Source: Longimicrobiales bacterium
GTDB lineage: Bacteria; Gemmatimonadota; Gemmatimonadetes; Longimicrobiales; Gaopeijiaceae
Direction: 5' to 3'
DNA length: 64,000 nucleotides
Assembly (NCBI GenBank): GCA_041690395.1
Contig: JAWLHJ010000007.1
Location: 128,001 to 192,000, forward strand
Position numbers and translations under genes: made by a program. Position 1 is the stretch's first letter. Each line of letters starts with the position of its first letter. The notes under the pieces are model-generated. The model was not told the DNA's origin. It was given only the letters and a program-made list of their open reading frames with translations, and searched no databases. Positions 28,301 to 35,945 of this stretch are shown piece after piece.

Positions 28301-28503
28301 TGCCGCTCGTGGTGTTCGGAGACGGGGCCGGCTCGAACATCTGGGACGCGCTCGCCCTCGTGCTCATCGGCGGGCTGCTCTCGTCCACGCTTTTCGTGCT
28401 GACGATCACGCCCGCGGTGTACGGACTCCTCGAGCGGCCGCGGACCGCGCGGGCCACCGTCCCATGGACCCCTCGACGTGCCTTTTCGGTATCAGACGCA
28501 TAA
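25321..28503 (+). CDS. RND efflux permease (AcrB/HAE1 family), subunit 2
   Basis: RRPVAVAM start at GTG 25321, GLVVDNAIVVLENV and RVRPILMTT. Confidence 0.93.
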   Translation: MIRQSLRRPVAVAMAYGAVALLGVAAWRNVPIEVLPDTDLPQLTVRATWRGASPETLEAFLTAPLESAIQQVRGVERIVSTSSEQEGMGVSEIQVEFQRDVDMDFARLDLSERLATLEESLPPGADPVQIEQYVPEEFADQDRPFLQYTFTGPYTLEALRRHLDDVVAPELGQVDGVALVNVFGGRERRLEIELDEAAVAALGLDARTIRRALTELDLVREAGVVREGRRERTLTIVNRPGSADDVRNAVLTVARGTPVRVADIAQVHDTYEEARALARVQGRPAVGFRVFKSVGVNTVQVADQVKARMAELERLAPYDASYVLEFDESEDIRTQLSDLRTRALFSALVIFLVLLAFLRSLPSAGLVFATIAFSVLIALNLIYFGGLTLNLLTLMGLAMGFGLVVDNAIVVLENVYRRRQQRGEAPDVAAEQGAREVVLPILASTATTLIVFVPFVYLQGEVRVFYVPLAIVVGLTLLASLLVAFTFIPAISARILDGVGAGAGAVGGDGSGPAAGPVREAPGTPARPPLYARFYTDLVGLTVRHPWPAIILTLGVFVGSYQLFDRYVSRWAMWGGGWGAETYISVFIELPRGANLERTDELVRYFEDRVATMPEVERFSTQVTPNRGYMEITFPDSLENTSVPVVIKERMVAFSHTFTGAEVRVYGYGPSFYGGGGSPPNYGIQVLGYNYERVRDIAEDIGTRVSRLSRVVDVDTNASGSRFVRDRASEFVLDVDRDAIARHDLAVEDVVEGIGAAAAGNARLDYLKLGGEEVQIQVKLARNQDLDVLALRETLIPTPAGGRIRLGDVVRVRQREVLAQIRRENQQYERTVAYEFRGPNRLGDVVHEAVMAGTAVPAGYTVQAGRNNWFVSEEDREQIWMVLAVALLLVYMVTSALFESLVRPLAVILTVPMALIGVYLIFFYTGASFTREAYIGVIMMLGIVVNNAILLVDHVNRVRAEMPELSLDEAIVRGTVERVRPILMTTITTVLGLLPLVVFGDGAGSNIWDALALVLIGGLLSSTLFVLTITPAVYGLLERPRTARATVPWTPRRAFSVSDA

Positions 28504-28526
28504 CTTGCCGGCCAGGAGGTGCGCAG

Positions 28527-29294
28527 ATGACAGGTTCTTCGAAGCTCGCCGCGCTCTCGAGCGCGGCAGTCGTGACGCTTTCCGCGCTCGCGTTGGTACC
28601 GACCCCGGCCGAAGCGCAGCTCGGCGGTCAGGGCTTCACCTTCCGCCCGCCGACGGTCTCCCTCGCCTTCCACGGCGGCTACGCCGTGCCGATGGCGCGG
28701 AGCGATCTGTTCGACCAGACCATCGACGACCTGTTCCTCGACCGGAACGACTTCCGCTCGCCCTACCTGGGCGGTGAGATCTCCGTCCGGGCCACGGACC
28801 GGCTCGACGTCTCGCTCGAAGTCGGCCACGCGTGGAGCAGCACGCTCACCGAGTGGCGCGAGTACGTGGAGAGCAACGACCAGCCCATCTGGCAGACGGT
28901 CCGCTACTCCCGCACGCCCGTGACCGTGAGCGGCAAGTTCTACGTGACGGACCGGGGGCGCCGCATCGGCCAGCTCGTCTGGATCCCGGAACGGGTGATG
29001 CCGTACGTCGGCGTCGGAGCCGGCGTCGTGCGGTACGCGTTCGCCCGGGACGGCGACCACGTGGTCGAGGAGACGCTCGAGATCTTCACCGACAACCTCG
29101 AGCAGGTGGGGACGGCGTTCACGGCCCACGGCTACCTGGGTTTCGATGTGCACGTCTCGAAGATGGCATATCTGACGCCTCAGCTTCGTTACACGTGGGC
29201 CGAGGGCGGACTCGATCGCACGGTGTATCAGGGATTCCAGCCCATGGATCTGTCGGGCTTCCAGCTGTCGCTGGGGCTCGGGATGCGTTTTTGA
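28527..29294 (+). CDS. Outer-membrane beta-barrel protein (OmpA/OmpW-like membrane domain)
   Basis: AGGAGG RBS, signal peptide, PYVGVGAG strand and C-terminal Phe beta-signal (LGLGMRF). Confidence 0.8.
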   Translation: MTGSSKLAALSSAAVVTLSALALVPTPAEAQLGGQGFTFRPPTVSLAFHGGYAVPMARSDLFDQTIDDLFLDRNDFRSPYLGGEISVRATDRLDVSLEVGHAWSSTLTEWREYVESNDQPIWQTVRYSRTPVTVSGKFYVTDRGRRIGQLVWIPERVMPYVGVGAGVVRYAFARDGDHVVEETLEIFTDNLEQVGTAFTAHGYLGFDVHVSKMAYLTPQLRYTWAEGGLDRTVYQGFQPMDLSGFQLSLGLGMRF

Positions 29295-29313
29295 CTCGCG
29301 AAGGGAGCATGAC

Positions 29314-30621
29314 ATGAGGAAGATCGGAGAGCCCGCACGGCGCGAGGTGACTGCGCGTGGCCCGGCCGGAACGGCCGGACTCGGCGCGGCCTTCGCGAGC
29401 CTGCTTTTCATGGCGCTGGTGGCGACGCCGGCCTCGGCCTGGCAGGCCGTTCCGACCGCGGAGCGTCAGGCCGGTCTCGCCGACGCCCGATGGTCGGCCT
29501 TCGTGGGCTGCTGGGAGCCCCTCGGTGCGTCGGAAGAAGAGGCCGAGGTCGGACTGCTTTGCGTCCGGCCGGCCGGACAGGGCGTGGAGATGTTCACGAT
29601 CGCCGGCGGCGAGGTGCGCACCAGCGACTTCCTGATCGGTGACGGGCAGCCCCGTCCCATCCGTGCCGAAGGGTGTGAAGGCGAGGAGTCCGTCTCGTTC
29701 TCCAACGACGGCCGCCGCGCCTTCACGCACTCCTCCTACACCTGCGAAGGCGTGACCCAGACGGGGACGGGCATGCTCGCCCACATCGCGTCGAATCAGT
29801 GGATCGACGTGCGCGCCATCGAAGTCGACGGCGAGCGGACGTCGTGGGTGCAGCGCTACCGTCTGGTCGGGCCGGATCGCGCGGCCGCCGAGGGCGTCGA
29901 GAATCCAGGCTTCGGCATGGAGACCGCGGCCCGCACGGCCCGCTTCGTCGCGCACCGCGGCGTGGGCTTCGTCGAGGTCGAGGAAGCCGCCCGTGAGGTG
30001 GACGCCGAGGCGGTCGAGGGGTGGATCGCGAATCGCCCCGAAGGCTTCGCGCCGACCGCGGAGGACCTCGAAGGGCTCGCCGACGCCGGCGTGCCCGAGT
30101 CCGTCATCGACGTGGTCGTGGCCAAGTCGTTTCCCGAGCGCTTCGCGGTGAACCCCGAGGGCTCGGCGGAGCGTGTGGCCGACCGGGACGATGCGCGGGC
30201 CTACCGCGGGTCCGGGCATCCCGCCGCCTACCGCGGCCGCATTCCGCTCGGCTACCGGATGCTTGGCTACGGCCTGGGCTTCGGCTATGTCCCCGCCTAC
30301 GGCTACGGATACAACAGCTACGGGTACGGCTATTCCGGATACTCGGGATACTGGGGATACCGCCCGAGCACCGTGATCATCGAGCGGCGGGCCCCGGAGC
30401 CGCGCGGACGGATCGTGCGCGGTCAGGGGTACACGCGGCCGTCGGGCGGCGATACCGGTCGGAGCGCCCAGCCGCGCGTGCAGCCCGGCGGAGCGGATCG
30501 CTCGAGCGGTGCCTCGGGGGCTCCGCCCAGGCGCTCCGGAGACAGCGCGCAGCCGAGCCGGAACGACCGGCCGACGCGTACCGCGAAGCCGAGACGACCC
30601 GGCGGCGGCGGGGGATTCTGA
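29314..30621 (+). CDS. Secreted hypothetical protein with Tyr/Gly-rich and disordered tail
   Basis: Signal peptide, four Cys in the N-domain and a GYGYNSYGYGYSGYSGYWGY tract. Confidence 0.7.
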   Translation: MRKIGEPARREVTARGPAGTAGLGAAFASLLFMALVATPASAWQAVPTAERQAGLADARWSAFVGCWEPLGASEEEAEVGLLCVRPAGQGVEMFTIAGGEVRTSDFLIGDGQPRPIRAEGCEGEESVSFSNDGRRAFTHSSYTCEGVTQTGTGMLAHIASNQWIDVRAIEVDGERTSWVQRYRLVGPDRAAAEGVENPGFGMETAARTARFVAHRGVGFVEVEEAAREVDAEAVEGWIANRPEGFAPTAEDLEGLADAGVPESVIDVVVAKSFPERFAVNPEGSAERVADRDDARAYRGSGHPAAYRGRIPLGYRMLGYGLGFGYVPAYGYGYNSYGYGYSGYSGYWGYRPSTVIIERRAPEPRGRIVRGQGYTRPSGGDTGRSAQPRVQPGGADRSSGASGAPPRRSGDSAQPSRNDRPTRTAKPRRPGGGGGF

Positions 30622-30679
30622 CGGCTCCGACATGTGAGGGCCTGGAGTCACAGCCGGTCCTCCGATCGTGACTCCGCAC

Positions 30680-30711
30680 GCGGGCGCGGCCTGACCAGAG
30701 GCCGCGCCCGC
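30680..30711. terminator. 13-bp perfect GC stem-loop upstream of glnS
   Basis: GCGGGCGCGGCCT-gaccag-AGGCCGCGCCCGC; no U-tract, so the role is uncertain. Confidence 0.4.
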
Positions 30712-30750
30712 GCTGCATTCAGGCCGTCCCATGTGCTACCTTTTCCGGCT

Positions 30751-33183
30751 ATGGACGCGACCAAGGGAACGGCTCAGGGCGGGACGGACTTCATCCGCCA
30801 GATCGTGCGCGAGGACCTCGCGCAGGGGAAGTACGACGGGAAGGTGGTCACGCGCTTCCCGCCCGAACCGAACGGGTACATGCACATCGGGCACGCCAAG
30901 TCGGTGTGCCTGAACTTCGGCATCGCCGAGGAGTTCGGCGGCCGATGCCACCTCCGGTTCGACGACACCAACCCCGAGAAGGAGAGCGAGGACTTCGTCC
31001 GGCAGTTCCAGGACGATATCCGGTGGCTCGGCTTCGACTGGGGTGAGCATCTCTACTTCGCGTCGGACTACTTCGAGCGCATGTACGAGTGCGCCCAGGT
31101 GCTCATCCGGAAGGGACTCGCCTACGTCGACTCCCAGCCCGGCGAGGCGATCCGCGAGGGGCGCGGGACCGTGACCGAGCCGGGCGTCGAGAGCCCGTAC
31201 CGCGACCGGACCCCCGAGGTGAACCTCGACCTGTTCGCCCGCATGCGGGCCGGCGAGTTCAAGGACGGCGCCCACGTGCTCCGGGCGAAGATCGACATGA
31301 CCTCGCCCAACATGCTGATGCGCGACCCGGTGCTGTACCGGATCCGGCACGCGCACCATTACCGGCAGGGCGACGCGTGGTGCATCTACCCGCTGTACGA
31401 CTACGCGCATTGCCTCGAGGACGCGTTCGAGGACGTCACCCACTCCCTCTGCACCCTCGAGTTCGAGAACAACCGCGAGCTCTACGACTGGGTGCTGGAC
31501 AACGTGGGCTTCGAGGAGCCTCGCCCGCACCAGTACGAGTTCGCGCGGCTCGAGCTCGAGCACGCCGTGCTCTCCAAGCGACGCATCGCTCCGCTCGTGG
31601 CCGCGGGCGTCGTGTCGGGCTGGGACGACCCGCGACTGTCGACCGTGGCGGGCATCCGCCGTCGGGGCGTGCCGCCCGAGGCCGTTCGGCTCTTCGCCGA
31701 CATGATCGGCGTCGCACGCACCAGCTCCACCGTCGATGCGGACAAGTTCAGCTTCTCGGTGCGTGAGGCCCTCAACGCCGTGGCGCCGCGGGTCATGGCC
31801 GTGCTCGACCCGCTCCGTGTCGTGATCACCGACTTCGACGAGGCGCGTGTCGAGCACTTCGACGCGCCGTACTTCCCACCGGACGTGGGCCGCGAGGGGA
31901 GCCGGAAGGTGCCGTTCACCCGCGAGCTCTTCATCGAGCGCGACGACTTCGCCGAGGATCCGCCGAAGGGCTTCCGCCGGCTGGTGCCCGGCGGCGAGGT
32001 GCGGCTCCGGTACGCCTGCGTGATCCGCTGCGACGAGGTCGTGAAGGACGACGAGGGCCGCGTGGTCGAGCTGCGGTGCAGCCACGACCCGGAGACCCTC
32101 GGAGGCGGCACCCCGGACGGCAGGAAGGTGAAAGGCACCGTCCAGTGGGTGTCGGCCGAGCACGCGCTGGAGGCCGAGGTCCGCCTCTACGGGCCGCTCT
32201 TCCGGTCGCCGACGGCGGGCGACGAGGCAGCGGACGACGGCACCGAGCGTGACGAAGACGACCTGCTGTCGCTCGTCGATCCGGAGTCGCTCCAGGTGGT
32301 CCGGGGCGCCCTGATCGAGCCCTCCGTCGCGGACGACGACGCGGACACGCGCTACCAGTTCGAGCGCACGGGGTACTTCTGGCGCGATCCTGTCGAGGGC
32401 CGCGGAGACGCCCTGGTCTTCAACCGGATCGTGCCGCTCAAGGACTCGTGGGGCCGGAAGACCGCCGCCGACGAGAAGAGCGCGAAGGCTGCGAACGACG
32501 CCGGGAAGGCGGCCGAGGGCGACGAGGGCGAGAAGAAGCCCCGTGGGAAGGGCGACGACGCCCCACGCTCGTCCCGTGGGCCCGAGCCGGGCTCCAAGCC
32601 GCGCGTGAGCGAGCGGCGGGCCGCCATCCGTGCCGAGGACCCCGTCCTGTCCGTGCGCTTCGACCGATACCGGGACGAGCTCGGCCTGCCGATCGACCAG
32701 GCCGACGTGCTCACCGGCTCGAGGGCGGCCTCGGACTTCTTCGAACAGGCTCGTGCGGAGCATGCCGACGCCGCCGACCTGGCCGCGTGGATCGCGACGG
32801 ACCTCCGCGGCCTGCTCGACGAAGGGACCGTCGCGGAGCTTCCGTTCGACGGCGCCGCGCTCGGACGTCTCGCCGCGCTCGTCGCCGACGGACAGGTGAC
32901 CCGACGGGCCGCCAAGGAAGTGCTCGAGCGGATGGTCGAGGAGGGCGGTGAGCCCGACGCCCTCGTGGCCGAGATGGGGCTCGCGAAGGTCTCCGGCACG
33001 GACGAGCTCGGCCCCATCGTGGACGCGGTGCTGGCCGACTGGCCCGAGAAGGTCGAGGAGTACCGGGCCGGCAACCAGAACCTGCTCGGGCTGTTCATCG
33101 GGCAGGTGATGAAGAAGACACAGGGCGCGGCCGATCCGCGTCGCACGCGTGAGCTGTTGACCGAAAGACTGGACGCTACCTGA
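30751..33183 (+). CDS. glnS: Glutamine--tRNA ligase with C-terminal GatB/YqeY domain
   Basis: TRFPPEPNGYMHIGHAK, VLSKR, GWDDPR and YQFERTGYF; tail VEEYRAGNQNLLGLFIGQVMKKTQGAADP. Confidence 0.95.
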   Translation: MDATKGTAQGGTDFIRQIVREDLAQGKYDGKVVTRFPPEPNGYMHIGHAKSVCLNFGIAEEFGGRCHLRFDDTNPEKESEDFVRQFQDDIRWLGFDWGEHLYFASDYFERMYECAQVLIRKGLAYVDSQPGEAIREGRGTVTEPGVESPYRDRTPEVNLDLFARMRAGEFKDGAHVLRAKIDMTSPNMLMRDPVLYRIRHAHHYRQGDAWCIYPLYDYAHCLEDAFEDVTHSLCTLEFENNRELYDWVLDNVGFEEPRPHQYEFARLELEHAVLSKRRIAPLVAAGVVSGWDDPRLSTVAGIRRRGVPPEAVRLFADMIGVARTSSTVDADKFSFSVREALNAVAPRVMAVLDPLRVVITDFDEARVEHFDAPYFPPDVGREGSRKVPFTRELFIERDDFAEDPPKGFRRLVPGGEVRLRYACVIRCDEVVKDDEGRVVELRCSHDPETLGGGTPDGRKVKGTVQWVSAEHALEAEVRLYGPLFRSPTAGDEAADDGTERDEDDLLSLVDPESLQVVRGALIEPSVADDDADTRYQFERTGYFWRDPVEGRGDALVFNRIVPLKDSWGRKTAADEKSAKAANDAGKAAEGDEGEKKPRGKGDDAPRSSRGPEPGSKPRVSERRAAIRAEDPVLSVRFDRYRDELGLPIDQADVLTGSRAASDFFEQARAEHADAADLAAWIATDLRGLLDEGTVAELPFDGAALGRLAALVADGQVTRRAAKEVLERMVEEGGEPDALVAEMGLAKVSGTDELGPIVDAVLADWPEKVEEYRAGNQNLLGLFIGQVMKKTQGAADPRRTRELLTERLDAT

Positions 33184-34613
33184 TGAGACTCCGCTTCGCT
33201 CCATCCCCCACGGGATTCCTCCATGTGGGCGGCGCGCGCACGGCCATCTTCAACTGGCTGCTCGCCCGCAAGGAGGGCGGCGTGTTCGTGCTCCGCGTCG
33301 AGGACACCGACCGCGACCGCTCGAGCGAGGAGCACACGCAGGCCATCCTCGACGGCATGGGCTGGCTCGGTCTCGACTGGGACGAGGGGCCGTTCTTCCA
33401 GAGCGAGGGGGTCGACCGGCACCGCGCCGCCGCCCTCCGGCTGCTCGAGGAAGGGAAGGCGTACCGGGACTTCTCCGACCCGGAAGCCGTGCGCGAGGAG
33501 GCGAAGGATCGGGGCATGCACCCGAGCCGGGTGGCGCGCGAGAAGGCCGAGGCGCTGGGCCCGGCCGAGGCCGAGCGGCGGGCGGCGGCGGGCGAGGCCC
33601 ACGCGATCCGCTTCCGTGTGCCGGACGGCGAAACCACCGTCGACGACATGATCCACGGCGAGGTCCGCTTCGGGAACGACGACATCGACGACCTGGTGAT
33701 CCTCCGGAGCGACGGCACGCCGGTCTACAACCTGGCCGTCGTCTCGGACGACGCCGAGATGGGGATCACGCACGTCATCCGCGGCGACGACCATCTCTCG
33801 AATACGCCCAAGCAGGTGCTGCTCTACCGTGCGCTCGGCCTCCCGGAGCCACGCTTCGGACACGTGCCGCTCATCCTGGGCCCCGACGGCAAGCGGCTCT
33901 CGAAGCGGCACGGCGCGACGGCTGTGGGTGACTACGCCAAGGAAGGCATCCTTCCGGAAGCCATGCTCAACTTCCTGGCCCTCCTCGGCTGGAGTCCGGG
34001 GGATGACCGGGAGTTCATGACGCGCGACGAGCTCGTCGAGGCGTTCAGTGTGGAGCGGGTCCTGAAGAAGAGCGCGGTGTTCGACGCCGAGAAGCTGTCG
34101 TGGCTGAACGGGAAGCATCTCGCGGCGCGGCCCCATGAGGAGCTCGTGACCGAGATCCGGGAGCGGCTCGCCGGTACCGAGGGTCTCGACGAGGCCCTGC
34201 TCGGCAATCGCGACGCCACGGAAAGCATCGTGGAGCTCCTGATCCCACGCTCGCGGACGCTCGAGGATCTCGCCCAGCAGGCGATCCCCTTCCTGCGTGA
34301 GCCGGTCGCCTACGACGAGGACGCGGTCGCCAAGCACTGGGCGAAGAAGCCCGAGGCGACCGTCGAGATCCTGGGGCGTCTCCGCGACGCGCTGGCGGGC
34401 GTGGATCCCTGGACATCCGAGTCCGTAGAGCCCGCCGTCCGGGGTGTGGCCGAGGCCCTCGAGGTCGGTGCCGGGAAGGTGATCCACCCGCTCCGGGTCG
34501 CGCTCGTGGGGCAGGCGTCCAGCCCCGGAATCTTCGACGTCCTCGCGGTTCTCGGGCGCGCGCGAACCCTCTCGCGCATCGACGCGGGTCTGGAGCAGGT
34601 GCGCCAGCTATGA
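33183..34613 (+). CDS. gltX: Glutamate--tRNA ligase
   Basis: RFAPSPTGFLHVGGAR, RVEDTD, ITHVIRGDDH and RLSKRHG. Confidence 0.96.
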   Translation: MRLRFAPSPTGFLHVGGARTAIFNWLLARKEGGVFVLRVEDTDRDRSSEEHTQAILDGMGWLGLDWDEGPFFQSEGVDRHRAAALRLLEEGKAYRDFSDPEAVREEAKDRGMHPSRVAREKAEALGPAEAERRAAAGEAHAIRFRVPDGETTVDDMIHGEVRFGNDDIDDLVILRSDGTPVYNLAVVSDDAEMGITHVIRGDDHLSNTPKQVLLYRALGLPEPRFGHVPLILGPDGKRLSKRHGATAVGDYAKEGILPEAMLNFLALLGWSPGDDREFMTRDELVEAFSVERVLKKSAVFDAEKLSWLNGKHLAARPHEELVTEIRERLAGTEGLDEALLGNRDATESIVELLIPRSRTLEDLAQQAIPFLREPVAYDEDAVAKHWAKKPEATVEILGRLRDALAGVDPWTSESVEPAVRGVAEALEVGAGKVIHPLRVALVGQASSPGIFDVLAVLGRARTLSRIDAGLEQVRQL

Positions 34614-34625
34614 GAAAGTGCTTTC

Positions 34626-34655
34626 TTGACGCGCTCTGACAGCGCACATTAGGAT
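34626..34655 (+). promoter_or_regulatory. Putative sigma70 promoter of the lexA-like gene
   Basis: TTGACG (34626-34631), 18-bp spacer, TAGGAT (34650-34655). Confidence 0.5.
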
Positions 34656-34707
34656 AGCCGCCCGACAAGCCGGGCCCCTCCCAAATCATCCCCCCCAAGG
34701 GTCGCAC

Positions 34708-35412
34708 TTGGCACGTTCTGAGCCCACCTCACATCGTCTGAGTCCGGCAGCCGCGCCCCAGGCCGAAGCCCTCACCGAGATCGAGCGAAAGATCCTGGAC
34801 TTCATGGTCCAGTACCTTCGTGCGAACACGTACCAGCCCTCGATCCGTGAGATCGGGCGCCGGTTCGGCATCAAGAGCACGAAGACGGTCTCGGAGCACC
34901 TGCACGCGCTGGCCGAGAAGGGCTACCTGGAACGGGATTCCTCCCGCTCCCGCGGCGTGCGGATCCTCGGGGTGGACCTGAGCACGGACACCGTTACGGT
35001 GCCGTGCTACGACGAGCTCCCGGCCGACGTCGCCGCCGAGGGGCGCCCGGACGAGCAGCCGACGAAGATCTCCATCGATCGACGGCTGGGCGGGGAAGAG
35101 GGGTCGTTCTTCCTGCGTGCCGGGGCGGAGGATCTGGAGTTGCTGGGCGTCGCCGAGGGCGATCTCGTGCTGGTTTCGCCGGTGACGTCGGCCAGCGTCG
35201 AGGACGGCACCGTGGTGCTCGCACGTACCGGGAGCGCCACGCTCTTCCATCGGGCCCGTCGGAACGGTCGTGGCCTCGTCCTCGAATCCCTGGACGCGTC
35301 GGGGGAGCAGATTCTGGTGGACGATCCGAAGCGGATCGCCCTGCTCGGTCGCGTCGCGGGCTTCTACCGCAAGATGGACGAGGCGCCGGCTCCGGGGCCG
35401 ACCCGGCACTGA
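34708..35412 (+). CDS. LexA-like repressor with a degenerate S24 peptidase domain
   Basis: LexA wHTH LTEIERKILDF...PSIREIGRRFGIKSTKTVSEHLHALAEKGYLER; the C-domain keeps GDLVLV but no catalytic Ser/Lys is visible. Confidence 0.8.
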   Translation: MARSEPTSHRLSPAAAPQAEALTEIERKILDFMVQYLRANTYQPSIREIGRRFGIKSTKTVSEHLHALAEKGYLERDSSRSRGVRILGVDLSTDTVTVPCYDELPADVAAEGRPDEQPTKISIDRRLGGEEGSFFLRAGAEDLELLGVAEGDLVLVSPVTSASVEDGTVVLARTGSATLFHRARRNGRGLVLESLDASGEQILVDDPKRIALLGRVAGFYRKMDEAPAPGPTRH

Positions 35413-35426
35413 CCGCGAGCCGCGCC

Positions 35427-35945
35427 GTGTCCGAATCGGTTCATCCGGACGACCCCGGCGCGCGTGACGACCCCGGAGCCGCCGGCTCCGCCCTCGAGGC
35501 CGAAGACGAGCGTTGGATGCGGCGGGCCCTCGAGCTCGCCCGGGCCGCCGCCGAGGTCGACGAGGTGCCGGTGGGCGCGTTGGTGGTTCGGGACGGCTCC
35601 GTGCTCGCGGAGGGTCAGAACCGCACCGTTCGTGACAGCGACCCGACGGCCCACGCCGAGGTCGTGGCGCTCCGGGCCGCCGCCGCCGCCCAGGGGGACT
35701 GGAGGCTTCTCGACGCCACGTTGTACGTTACCCTCGAGCCGTGCGCCATGTGCGCGGGCGCGATCGTGCTGGGGCGGGTGCGGCGGGTGGTCTACGCCGC
35801 GGCGGATCCGAAGGCGGGCATGGCGGGCTCTCTCGAGAATCTCCTGCAGGACGCGAGGCTGAACCATCGCTGCGAGGTCACCGGCGGTGTGCTGGCCGAC
35901 GCGTCGTCGCAGCTCCTGAAGTCCTTCTTCCGAGCACGTCGATGA
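35427..35945 (+). CDS. tadA: tRNA adenosine(34) deaminase
   Basis: EVPVGA, DPTAHAE, LYVTLEPCAMC and LLKSFFRARR. Start uncertain. Confidence 0.93.
   Translation: MSESVHPDDPGARDDPGAAGSALEAEDERWMRRALELARAAAEVDEVPVGALVVRDGSVLAEGQNRTVRDSDPTAHAEVVALRAAAAAQGDWRLLDATLYVTLEPCAMCAGAIVLGRVRRVVYAAADPKAGMAGSLENLLQDARLNHRCEVTGGVLADASSQLLKSFFRARR

Noticed and set aside
30622..30750. T-box riboswitch upstream of glnS
   Set aside because: Only ~130 bp, with no T-box consensus or U-tailed terminator; just two GC hairpins.
25477..34487. Long antisense ORFs (25477-28182, 30736-33204, 32352-34487) and similar ORFs elsewhere
   Set aside because: Shadow frames of high-GC genes, lying opposite clearly identified RND, glnS and gltX genes.
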